Below the pieces are notes generated by a model, which was given only the letters and a program-made list of their open reading frames with translations, did not search any database and had not been told where the DNA came from. Below are positions 36,706 through 45,846 of a DNA stretch of 64,000 nucleotides, piece by piece (position 1 is the stretch's first letter; each line of letters opens with the position of its first letter). Made by a program: the position numbers and the translations under genes. The DNA is from a virus (Duplodnaviria; Caudoviricetes): positions 2,136-66,135 of the IMG/VR virus record IMGVR_UViG_3300031509_000001. One strand, written 5' to 3'.

Positions 36706-39255
36706 TCAATCGTAACACTGGAGGCCGATACCGTATGAGACCCTAATCACATACTCAGAACCACACAATGTCGTTAGCTCGTCTTTAAACTCAGACACCT
36801 TCTGCGCCAGTTCGTCGCCAGCCTTGCGATTTGCCTCGTTTTTAGCGTCACTTGCCGATTGCTCTGTAATCTCTCCTGCTTCATTGGGCTTGGCTTGCAC
36901 ACAGTACTTGCCGGCATCAACGACGTGGCGTCGTTGCAGCCCTGGATTGTCGCTGCAATACACTGTCACGCACATGGCGTCATTGCAATACACACATCCG
37001 CGGTTGCGCAATTGCTCTTTGGCCTTCTGGCATGCTTGTTCCCATGCGGCGCGATCTGCATCCTCCTGTGTTTCCCTCTTCGTCTGTCCTGCTTCAACGA
37101 TCGCCTTGGCGCAGGTCCTGTGCGCCGGGCTCTGATAGTCACCCTCCTCGATTTTCGGGCAGCAAATCTCACATTCCTGCGTCGTATTCGATATGCCGCA
37201 CTCGCACACATTCATCAGTGTCGACATGAGATAGTACCTGCCATACCCCTCAGCCAAGCGATTCGCCTCTTCCTTGCTGCGTGCACGGACGTAGTTTTCG
37301 GGGACCTTCAATTGGAGGCATTGCGGCCCTTGATCCCGTGCTCGACATCCGATGTCTTCACAGCACATGACCATTTCGATGGGGTCGTTGCCTACCCATG
37401 ATCCTGCGTCGCCGCCACCAGAGCCTCCGTCCCCGGTCGCAGTTCCTCCGCCACCGGCGCCGCCGCCTCCGCCTCCGCCACCGCCACCGGTTCCTCCTCC
37501 GCCGGTCCCGGTTCCGCCAGTGCCACCACCGCCAGAGCCGCCGGTTCCACCTCCTCCGGTTCCTCCTCCGCCGGCTCCTCCGCCGCCTGTCCCTGTGCCA
37601 CCGCCAGGGCCCCCGAGGCCAGAGCCAACATCTGACGAATCGCGTGACCCAACGTCAACCAAAATGCCACCACCCCCACCCCGTGGGACTACTGCAGGAG
37701 GCGTCGACGGAACCACTATCGGGGCTTCTTCTTCGTCCCGTGGAGTCGGCGGTGGGGGTGGCGGTAAAGGCGGTACTCCTGGATCGCCGGGTTGGCCAGG
37801 TTGCCTGGGATCCACTACACCGGTGTCAGTGGGAACAATTCTGGGCAGCCTCTCATCAACTGTAGTACGGCTATTGGTCGGAATGATTTGCAGTTCTTTG
37901 CGGACATCCAATTCAGGCCTGGCAACGCCATAGACAGAAGCCACCGTGCTGGCCACGTCAAAGTCATTGGCGGGTAGAGCGCGGTCAAGGCATTCATACA
38001 TCAGACGCGCGCGCACTTCATTGTATTCGCGCAGGGCCACCGCTGCGGCATCAGCATCTCGCCGCTGCACCAGGTTCCACCGATAGGCAGCCCACATCGC
38101 ACATGCTCGTACCAGTGTCGGGTCATCAGGAATCCAATCCTGCTCCTGCCAGTAGTTTTTGTTGCCTGTCCAGTGGACAATCACGCTTTCATAGCTCTGA
38201 ATCCACGGCGCCAGCAGGATCAGATTGTTGTGTACTGTCCACACGCCAGACAGGCTGCGCCCTGCAGACGAATCAGGTATGCGCGTTGGACGCAAGAATC
38301 CCATCGGCAGTGCGTCGCCTGATGCTGCAATGTCCAGTGCAAGATCAGAGCGCGGCACGGCTTCAAACGCCTTTGGACCGGATATGGACATGTCCAAACG
38401 GAAAAAGTCGCCAATACAAATGCCACGTTCAATAATCTGTCGGCTTACCACGTCGTACCATCGCTGGAACAGGCCGGATGGCACGTACTGGTACGGCACA
38501 TAACCGCACCACTCGGTTTGCGTGGTTAGCATGGCCGGATTGGCTGAGTAGGGCGGACCGTAGACGTACACATCTGCGCCGTAAAGGACCTCGGGCTCGT
38601 AAATTGGGCCGGTGATTTCCTCGATTTCCAGCCAGACAATGGTGTTGCTGTTGGACGGGATGAGGACGTCAAATGTCTCTTCCTTGTTTGCTGCTACCCG
38701 GACGTCGAAGGATTGCTTGGCAACGTTGCGGCGGAGTGTCGGATGCCAGTGGCTGTTGTCGCTGGGGATGGCTGATGCGTAGTACACTGCGCCCCTGTAT
38801 CGGATTTCAGGCCAGGTTGGCGGCACAGCAGGCACGGTAACCGAGTGTTTGAACACAATACGCACACCGATCTGAAACTCCAGCCTGGCCCGGAAAATCA
38901 CATGCACATCAGTCCGGTTAAGCCGCAGCATGTCATGAAACAGGTATGTCCAGTGCCGCAGTTGGAGCCCGGTTTCAAAGGGCGTGCTTGGCTGGATATC
39001 GGGAGTTCGTGTAGCGACCGTGCCCACTGCCAGAACCTGTCCATCGGGCTTGGGAACGGCCGATGTGCCGCACTTGTACATGGTCGAGCAGTGCGGCACC
39101 ATGTCGATCAAATTCCGCTGCAAGCAAGGCACCCAGAGCTGCAGATCACGCAACGCCTCAACGGCGTACTGGTTCCAATGCACACCATAACCCCTCGCAT
39201 AGCCCGTAGGGGCTGCAATCTTCAGCATGGCATGCTTGAGTTCTGCAAAGGTCAT
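36706..39255 (-). CDS. neck/tail adaptor-like protein with Gly/Pro linker and Cys-rich DUF5977-like repeats (paralog 2)
   Basis: Start MTFAELK (ATGA overlap); aligns with 39252-41753. Confidence 0.65.
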   Translation of the reverse strand: MTFAELKHAMLKIAAPTGYARGYGVHWNQYAVEALRDLQLWVPCLQRNLIDMVPHCSTMYKCGTSAVPKPDGQVLAVGTVATRTPDIQPSTPFETGLQLRHWTYLFHDMLRLNRTDVHVIFRARLEFQIGVRIVFKHSVTVPAVPPTWPEIRYRGAVYYASAIPSDNSHWHPTLRRNVAKQSFDVRVAANKEETFDVLIPSNSNTIVWLEIEEITGPIYEPEVLYGADVYVYGPPYSANPAMLTTQTEWCGYVPYQYVPSGLFQRWYDVVSRQIIERGICIGDFFRLDMSISGPKAFEAVPRSDLALDIAASGDALPMGFLRPTRIPDSSAGRSLSGVWTVHNNLILLAPWIQSYESVIVHWTGNKNYWQEQDWIPDDPTLVRACAMWAAYRWNLVQRRDADAAAVALREYNEVRARLMYECLDRALPANDFDVASTVASVYGVARPELDVRKELQIIPTNSRTTVDERLPRIVPTDTGVVDPRQPGQPGDPGVPPLPPPPPPTPRDEEEAPIVVPSTPPAVVPRGGGGGILVDVGSRDSSDVGSGLGGPGGGTGTGGGGAGGGGTGGGGTGGSGGGGTGGTGTGGGGTGGGGGGGGGGAGGGGTATGDGGSGGGDAGSWVGNDPIEMVMCCEDIGCRARDQGPQCLQLKVPENYVRARSKEEANRLAEGYGRYYLMSTLMNVCECGISNTTQECEICCPKIEEGDYQSPAHRTCAKAIVEAGQTKRETQEDADRAAWEQACQKAKEQLRNRGCVYCNDAMCVTVYCSDNPGLQRRHVVDAGKYCVQAKPNEAGEITEQSASDAKNEANRKAGDELAQKVSEFKDELTTLCGSEYVIRVSYGIGLQCYD

Positions 39256-41753
39256 GGTACTTGCTGCAGCCGATCCAGATGCTTGCCGCGCAGTTTTAGT
39301 GTGTTCTGTCCAGTCCTGGTGACCGTAGTGCCGGAACCACACATCCCGCAACTGCTGACCCGGGTGGACTGAGGGCATTGTACAGCCGCCTCAGCCGAGG
39401 CATTGACTGCTGCGCCTTCTGCCAGATTCCGTGCCATTGCCTCATAGGTCGCTGCACGCGCGTTCAAGGCGTTCAAGGCGCTGGTTCTGTCATGGAATTG
39501 ATACTCCGAGCCCTGCCCAATCTCCAGACAAACCTCTACCACTCCGTAGCCATATCCGACAGCTGTGCACGGCAACACGGCGCACACTTGCGTGCCCCCA
39601 AGGCCGAACGTGTAGCAGAGGTATTGCCGTTGTTGGCTGGACACGGCTGCAGCGCCCCAAGTTCGGCAAACGACGGCGGTTTCAGGGCACTGAGCTTCTG
39701 TTAAAGCGCGTTCAAGGCGATTCTTGAGCTCGGCTTCGGCCTGAGCGTTTAACTGCTGCATTAGGCCGGATACCACGGAGGTGTCACGGGCCGATGCGCC
39801 GCGCAGTTCTTGCTGAAACTCTGCCCTATCAACACAAGCGTTAACCTTGATGTCTGGATCTGCAGGACACTCTTGTTCGCGGCACACTCTGCGATTGCCG
39901 TATACACAAACCAAGTGCTCCGTAGCCCTGTTGCAGGCAATCTGTTGCGCGATCTGGTTGGCGTCGTCTTCGCTGACCGGGCTGATTACCTCGCCGGGCT
40001 CCACAACACCACGAACCTGCTGGCCGGACACGAGTTCAACATTGGCCCCGGACAGACATTCGGCAACACACTCGGCTCGCACGGTGTTGCGGAACCCCTC
40101 TTCGGTCCTGCAACGGCCACTCAGCTGTTGGGCGGCCATTAACCGCGCGTAATCCTCGGCAAGCTGATTGGCCAGAGCCTTGGTTTGAGCACGGAATTGG
40201 TTGGCCTTGACCGTGATGGTGACCGATTCGTTGCCGTACTGGTTCAAGTCCGTGCAGGAATAGGTCCGCGTGAACGCATCGTTGCCGAACCATTCCTCTT
40301 GCTCTCCCCCGCCGCCTCCTCCGCCATCACCGCTATCACCCGGGGGCTGCACTGGGGGTTGTGTCGGAACCACCGGTACTGCTGTCACCTGTGCCAGTCC
40401 AAATATGGACTGCACGGTCGCGATCGCATCACCGCGCTGCTCCAGTGGTGTAGGCCGACTTTTCTGGATACAGTTGACGTACAGACCGGTGCGCGCGTCC
40501 TGATAATCTGCTTCCTGGATGGCTGCGTAGGCGTAATTCTTGTCGTAGAACTTGGCATGGTCACGTGCTGCTGCAGCAGCCACAGCGCGCAACACAAGGG
40601 GATCATTGGGGACCACGTCTGTGTCCTGCCACACCTTCTTGATCCCTGACCAATGCACAACCACGTGTTCGTACGATTGCACCCACGGCGCAATGTGAAT
40701 CATGCCGTTGATGATCGTCCAAACACCGGCCAATGCACGGCCAGAAGGGTTGTCCGTATCGGACGTTGCGCGGATGTAGCCCAGAGGATACTGCCGCGTG
40801 GCAGCCAGGGGATTGGGAAGCTCATTCAGCCGTTGCGATACCCAGCCGGGCAGAAGGAATCGCCGGCACATCACCTGACAAAGCCCAGGTTGAAGTCCTC
40901 TGCCAGCAGTGCGTGGATCCTTTGCGTTAACCGCTTCTGCAACCTCCTTGTACCAGGTCTCGAATACCTCCGGACGCACATAACGATACTTGATGTAGCC
41001 GCACCACTCGGTGTCCGCGGTCAGCAGGGAAGGATTTCGTGAGTAGGGCGGGCCATACATGTCAAACTGCAGCGCATACGACATCTGCGGCAGAGCATCA
41101 TCGGAGGTCATTACTTCCCTCACCTCCGAGTAAATGGCCGAACGAGGCGACACTTGCAGGTCAAGATCCAGCGTTGCGTGTTGGCCAACACTGGTCGTCA
41201 GAGTCCAATCTGTCCGATTCATCAGCCATCCTGTCGCTGGCTGAATGTAGACATTCTTGGTGCTGTCCGAATCCTTCCACCACGTGCGTCCCTTGATGGT
41301 GATCCTGCCGGGGGTAAATGGATAGGCCCCGTCGACCAAGCCGGAGAGCCTCACGCGAATCCCAATGCGGTATTCCCATGTGGTTGTGTGGATCAGGGAC
41401 AGGAACATCTTCATGCGCGGCTCGTTCGAAGGCGGACGAAACTCGCGCCTGCCAAGGAACAGGCCGGTGGCAAAAGGTGTAGAGCGTTCAGGAAGCGTTT
41501 TGGCGCGCTCCGAAACCACCCCAACCTCAAGTACCTTGCCAAGAGGGGCCTGAAAAGCAGTGGTCCCGCACTTGTACAGAGTCGCACAGTGCGGGACCAG
41601 CTCGACGTTTACCTGTCTCAGGCAGGGAACCCAGGTTTGTAGGTCTGAGAGGGCATCAGCAATGCTCTGGTTGTGAGCCTCAACGGTGTACGGCGATTCC
41701 CCCGCGGGAAACGCAAGCGCGCGAACCGCACGTCTGAACTCGGCAAAGGTCAT
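39252..41753 (-). CDS. neck/tail adaptor-like protein with Cys-rich DUF5977-like repeats (paralog 1)
   Basis: MTFAEFRRAV N-terminus typical of head-tail adaptors; repeats such as GNDAFTRTYSC...ANQLA and ISPVSEDDANQIA. Confidence 0.65.
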   Translation of the reverse strand: MTFAEFRRAVRALAFPAGESPYTVEAHNQSIADALSDLQTWVPCLRQVNVELVPHCATLYKCGTTAFQAPLGKVLEVGVVSERAKTLPERSTPFATGLFLGRREFRPPSNEPRMKMFLSLIHTTTWEYRIGIRVRLSGLVDGAYPFTPGRITIKGRTWWKDSDSTKNVYIQPATGWLMNRTDWTLTTSVGQHATLDLDLQVSPRSAIYSEVREVMTSDDALPQMSYALQFDMYGPPYSRNPSLLTADTEWCGYIKYRYVRPEVFETWYKEVAEAVNAKDPRTAGRGLQPGLCQVMCRRFLLPGWVSQRLNELPNPLAATRQYPLGYIRATSDTDNPSGRALAGVWTIINGMIHIAPWVQSYEHVVVHWSGIKKVWQDTDVVPNDPLVLRAVAAAAARDHAKFYDKNYAYAAIQEADYQDARTGLYVNCIQKSRPTPLEQRGDAIATVQSIFGLAQVTAVPVVPTQPPVQPPGDSGDGGGGGGGEQEEWFGNDAFTRTYSCTDLNQYGNESVTITVKANQFRAQTKALANQLAEDYARLMAAQQLSGRCRTEEGFRNTVRAECVAECLSGANVELVSGQQVRGVVEPGEVISPVSEDDANQIAQQIACNRATEHLVCVYGNRRVCREQECPADPDIKVNACVDRAEFQQELRGASARDTSVVSGLMQQLNAQAEAELKNRLERALTEAQCPETAVVCRTWGAAAVSSQQRQYLCYTFGLGGTQVCAVLPCTAVGYGYGVVEVCLEIGQGSEYQFHDRTSALNALNARAATYEAMARNLAEGAAVNASAEAAVQCPQSTRVSSCGMCGSGTTVTRTGQNTLKLRGKHLDRLQQVP

Positions 41754-41756
41754 TCA

Positions 41757-42233
41757 TCAGCCACGCACACGCTTGGTTTTCGGCACAAACCCGCCCACAC
41801 TCGTAACCACACGGGCGGCCTCATCAGACTCCGTAGCTGTGGGGGCTGATGTGGGCTCTTGCGCCACAGGGGATGCATCCGCCTCCTCCGCCGTAGGACC
41901 GGGCTGCTGGGGCAGCACCAGCGCCCGCGGGCGCGCGGTTTGCTGCACCGGGCCTGCGTCGAGCGGCGGATATGGTGTTGACAATGGACCGAATCTCAGA
42001 GATGGCGAATTTTTTTTTAGGTCCTCATACTGAGTTCGGTCAATCTCATGCACCCCAAGTACCTTGTTTACCGCCGCTGCCGTCAGCGCTTTCAACAGCG
42101 CTTGATTCTCGGGCGTCTCGTCTGTTTCATCCAGCTCGATGACCCCGAGATCATCAGCCAAAACCTCGAACGGAACAGGCTTGCCGGCCACGAACATCAC
42201 GTTCGAGGCCATGTACTTGAGGAAGTACTTCAT
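41757..42233 (-). CDS. hypothetical protein downstream of the capsid gene
   Basis: 158 aa; operon position. Confidence 0.65.
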   Translation of the reverse strand: MKYFLKYMASNVMFVAGKPVPFEVLADDLGVIELDETDETPENQALLKALTAAAVNKVLGVHEIDRTQYEDLKKNSPSLRFGPLSTPYPPLDAGPVQQTARPRALVLPQQPGPTAEEADASPVAQEPTSAPTATESDEAARVVTSVGGFVPKTKRVRG

Positions 42234-42256
42234 GGCTCGTCAGCTATTGCTGGTCA

Positions 42257-43939
42257 TTACTGAGGCAGATAGGTGGCACCCTCAACGGCGTGCTCAGGCA
42301 CCTCAGCGCTGAAGTTTTCAATGATGGCGTTACCCATCGGGCACTCCAGAATCGCCGTCCAGGTAACCGAATGGAGAACCCGCTCAACGCTCTCAACCTC
42401 CATGACGCACTGGTAGGCCGGATCGACAGCGGCCAGGGTCTTCAAGTCGCCAGACTTCAGCTCGACACGCTTGGACGCGATAATGCCGGGATAAATCCCT
42501 GCAAAATCAAGGATCCACAGCGATCGGGCGCTGGTCTCCATCGCAGTGCTGATCCGGGCCGCGGCACTTAGATAATCGTCGAAGAAGTTGTGCGTGACGA
42601 TATTCATCGTAACCGCCGGCCAGAACAGCTTGTACGACCGGTAGTTGAACCCAAACGGCGCGGTCTTGGGCGGCTCGGCGCCGTCCACCTGAATGTTCAG
42701 CCTGGCCATGTTGTCGCTCTTGGCGTTGTAGTAGCGCAACATGGCGGTGTTAATGCGCTCCGCAGTGGCGCTGTCGGTGAAGATGTCGATCTGATCGGCC
42801 TTCTCGCCCAGACCCTCACGCACACGCTTGATCTGATACAGCACCCTGAAGAGGGCCGGCAGATTCAATTTCTGGCCCTGGCAGTCGTGGATGCGTCCGC
42901 ACTGGGCCAGCTGTTCGTAAATTCCGACGGCATTCGCTCGCTTCCCAATGCATCGGCCGCCTTCGACGCCGAGGCCGGTCGTTGAGGCGAAGATGGTAAT
43001 GGACGGAAGCTGATCGTAATCGTGCAACGTTTGATTCGGCAGAGGCTTGCCCCAGAAGAACTGGTTGGTCCACCGCTTCTGCCAGTCGAGCATGATCTGC
43101 TTGTTCTTTGCAATCTCGTCCAGATCGCCGTATTCGCGATACAGCGGGTTGCCTTCCAGCAAGAGCTTGCGCCATTTGCGGTAGAGGCTGGAACTGCAAA
43201 GGGCATTCCGGCTCGTCTCGATCCAGAAGGGTACATCTTTCCAGTTCAGGTAGGCCGGGGCCTCAGCGCACCATTGCTCGTAGTCACTAACGTTGGGAAC
43301 GCCGCGACGCAGCAGCCCGTCCACTGGAGCCTGAGCCTTGGCGGTGGGCAGGAAGGTGTTCTCAGCGGCCAGCCAGATGCGAACCTTGTTACCCACGATG
43401 GCTGAATCCACAATAACCCAGCCGGTTTCGGTCGCAGACTGTGCCGTGCTATTGTACCCGTGAATCGATACGCGCAGGCCGGGCGGGAACGAATCCACGC
43501 TGATCGGGATGTTGGTGACCGACTCTGCGTCAACGCGCCAGCTTGACCTCAATCCGCGCCAGCTCTTCGTAGTATCAGCCTGCCCCGCGCTCACTCGCCA
43601 GTACTCGTTGTTAATGGCGCTGTATTGCCGGGCCAGAATAAAGGGCGCAATCTCAATCAATCCCGAGTTGACCCGCCGCGTAATCAGACGCCGCGATAGG
43701 TTCACGCGATTGGCCATGAGAAATTCGTAAAGCCCGTACTGCCTGGCTTCGCACACGCCGATCTCGATGTCATGAAACAAGAGACCGTGCATGACACGGT
43801 AGTAATCTCCATCTTTGAAAAGCTCTAGGTCATCAACAGTCAGCGGCTTGGCATCACAGAGCGTGACCGTGCCGCACTGCTTGATGTTCGTCCCCAGCAC
43901 TGGCGCGCAACGCTGAAAAGTTTCAGGATTCAGTGGCAT
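42257..43939 (-). CDS. major capsid protein (putative)
   Basis: 560 aa, follows the scaffold and portal genes; FFWGK...AVGIYEQL...MNIVTHNFF pattern compatible with an HK97 fold. Called mainly on synteny. Confidence 0.7.
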   Translation of the reverse strand: MPLNPETFQRCAPVLGTNIKQCGTVTLCDAKPLTVDDLELFKDGDYYRVMHGLLFHDIEIGVCEARQYGLYEFLMANRVNLSRRLITRRVNSGLIEIAPFILARQYSAINNEYWRVSAGQADTTKSWRGLRSSWRVDAESVTNIPISVDSFPPGLRVSIHGYNSTAQSATETGWVIVDSAIVGNKVRIWLAAENTFLPTAKAQAPVDGLLRRGVPNVSDYEQWCAEAPAYLNWKDVPFWIETSRNALCSSSLYRKWRKLLLEGNPLYREYGDLDEIAKNKQIMLDWQKRWTNQFFWGKPLPNQTLHDYDQLPSITIFASTTGLGVEGGRCIGKRANAVGIYEQLAQCGRIHDCQGQKLNLPALFRVLYQIKRVREGLGEKADQIDIFTDSATAERINTAMLRYYNAKSDNMARLNIQVDGAEPPKTAPFGFNYRSYKLFWPAVTMNIVTHNFFDDYLSAAARISTAMETSARSLWILDFAGIYPGIIASKRVELKSGDLKTLAAVDPAYQCVMEVESVERVLHSVTWTAILECPMGNAIIENFSAEVPEHAVEGATYLPQ

Positions 43940-43969
43940 ATCTCAACTATGTCACGTGCCTGCCACACT

Positions 43970-45520
43970 CTACTCTGCAAGAAGCTCACGGAGAAACTCT
44001 TCGGCTGGGTCCGCACCAGCATGGCCACCCCCAGCGCCCTTAGATGCACCACGTGGCACAGAGATACTGGACGGAGATGCCTGAAGTGGCTTGCTGCCAG
44101 CTGCGGGTTTTGAAGATTTCTGGTTTGACGGCGGTGTGCCCTTGGTTTGATCCTTAGCTAGCCCGCGCTTTTTGGCAGCCCATTTCTCAATAGCCTCAAT
44201 CTCTTTTTGGTAGGCTGTTTTGGCCGTCTCAGCGAAGTGATGCCGGAGCATCAACAGGGCGTCTTCCTCGCGTAACGTCCAGTACTTTTCTCGTTCTGCA
44301 GGACTCATTTTTGCGTATTTCTCCAATGGTGCAAAGTCTTTGCCGTTGTACACCCTTTTCTCCTTGGGCAAAGCTGCGATCTGCTGCTCTTTTTCGATGA
44401 TGAAATTGTCCAGCCACTGGTGCGTCGGATTGTTCGGATCGTAAGCCTTCAGGCCGCGCCAGATCTGCATGAGCTCAAAGGCTGCGGGCGCAAGGCCACC
44501 GGCGATCGTGCCTACAATCGTCCGATAGGCAACTGGGTCTTCCTCGGCAATCTTTGCCAGCTTCTCCTGGTTAAGCTTGCCGTTGTTGTCGTAAATATCG
44601 AGGTCGACATCGTCAGAGCCGAGCGTTTTCTTAATTTCCTCAACAGTCTCTCGGATTAGGCTGTCCGTGTCGGCGGCAATGGAGGCTGCAATTTGCTGTT
44701 TCTGCGCCTCGGTCTTTTGCTTTTCGACTAGTCGCTTCTCAACGTCTTCTGCAATACGGCTGAGTCGCTCTTCAGCCTTGAGCTCTACCAGTGCCTCATT
44801 GTAATCATCGTCTTCCCAGGCGATTTTGTGTTTCCTGGCGATTTCAGCGAGCTCATCCTCATGGTCCTCGTCGCGCCAGGTTTCGCCAGGATTTTCGGCC
44901 TCCCACTTGGCTGCGTATTCCTCAGCCTCTTTCAGGGATGCCAGATAACGATCTCGGATGCCCTTGTACTTGTCTGGATAAATGGCTTCCATCCGGGCCA
45001 GAACTTCCAGCCGGCGCTTTTCGGCTGCATCAAGCTGCTGTATGAATGCTTCTTCTGGGCTGGTTGTGTCTTTGGGTGGTGGTTCTGGCTTGATGGGTGG
45101 CTCGTTTGTTTGTTCCAGCGCTTCGGGCTTCTGACGCAACAAGTCGGCTGCTTTGGCTGCAGCTCTTTCTGCAATCTTGCTGATGCTTTCCTCTTCCTCT
45201 TCCTCTTCAGCCTTCTCTTTGGGCTCAGGCTCTTCAGCGACTTTCTCCTTCTTTTCTCCAGCCTTTTGTTCCCGCTTCCGTTCCTGTGCCTTATCAAGCC
45301 CAAACTGGAGGCGGAAGAACCCCTCTAGATCCGGCGCCTCCTCATCCTCGCTTTCGCGCGGTGGCGGTGGTTCAGGCTGGACTGCTGCTTCTGAAGTATC
45401 GCCAAATTCATCATCGTCGCCCTGCTTCAGCAGAGCCGCCTCGGTTTCATGCCCAGGCGGCATGGGCTCTTCCTTCTCGAAGTTCTTCTCACCCTTCTGT
45501 TCTTTGGCTTGCTTGCTCAT
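43970..45520 (-). CDS. capsid scaffolding protein (putative)
   Basis: Acidic Glu/Lys coiled coil ending in a short helix (PAEEFLRELL), between portal and capsid. Confidence 0.7.
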   Translation of the reverse strand: MSKQAKEQKGEKNFEKEEPMPPGHETEAALLKQGDDDEFGDTSEAAVQPEPPPPRESEDEEAPDLEGFFRLQFGLDKAQERKREQKAGEKKEKVAEEPEPKEKAEEEEEEESISKIAERAAAKAADLLRQKPEALEQTNEPPIKPEPPPKDTTSPEEAFIQQLDAAEKRRLEVLARMEAIYPDKYKGIRDRYLASLKEAEEYAAKWEAENPGETWRDEDHEDELAEIARKHKIAWEDDDYNEALVELKAEERLSRIAEDVEKRLVEKQKTEAQKQQIAASIAADTDSLIRETVEEIKKTLGSDDVDLDIYDNNGKLNQEKLAKIAEEDPVAYRTIVGTIAGGLAPAAFELMQIWRGLKAYDPNNPTHQWLDNFIIEKEQQIAALPKEKRVYNGKDFAPLEKYAKMSPAEREKYWTLREEDALLMLRHHFAETAKTAYQKEIEAIEKWAAKKRGLAKDQTKGTPPSNQKSSKPAAGSKPLQASPSSISVPRGASKGAGGGHAGADPAEEFLRELLAE

Positions 45521-45846
45521 GGCTGTACTGCAATCGTGGTTCTCGTCGGCTTGATTTGACCTTGTCGTATGGCTTCCAACATCCTAATTGCATTCAAAAT
45601 CCACTTCACCTCTAGCCATGACTTGTCACGCCTGTCAAGTGCCTCAGCTAGATAAGAGCTACACGGGCTACCGTTTTGGTCGGCGAGTTTGATGGAGTCT
45701 TCTATCGCCTGTGAGGCAACCTTGCGCGCCTCAGACAGCAGCGTTTCCAGCAGCATGTCATAACATTCAGAAGCCAGCCATGCATCCCATCGCTGGAGTG
45801 CATCCGGAGTGATGGGCCGTTCCTGGATTGGGAAAAGCTGGTTCAT
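45517..45846 (-). CDS. small protein between portal and scaffold
   Basis: ATGA overlaps; position typical of podovirus head operons. Confidence 0.65.
   Translation of the reverse strand: MNQLFPIQERPITPDALQRWDAWLASECYDMLLETLLSEARKVASQAIEDSIKLADQNGSPCSSYLAEALDRRDKSWLEVKWILNAIRMLEAIRQGQIKPTRTTIAVQP

Noticed and set aside
37352-37933. Poly-proline ORF on +
   Set aside because: Reverse complement of the Gly-rich linker of the 36706-39255 gene.
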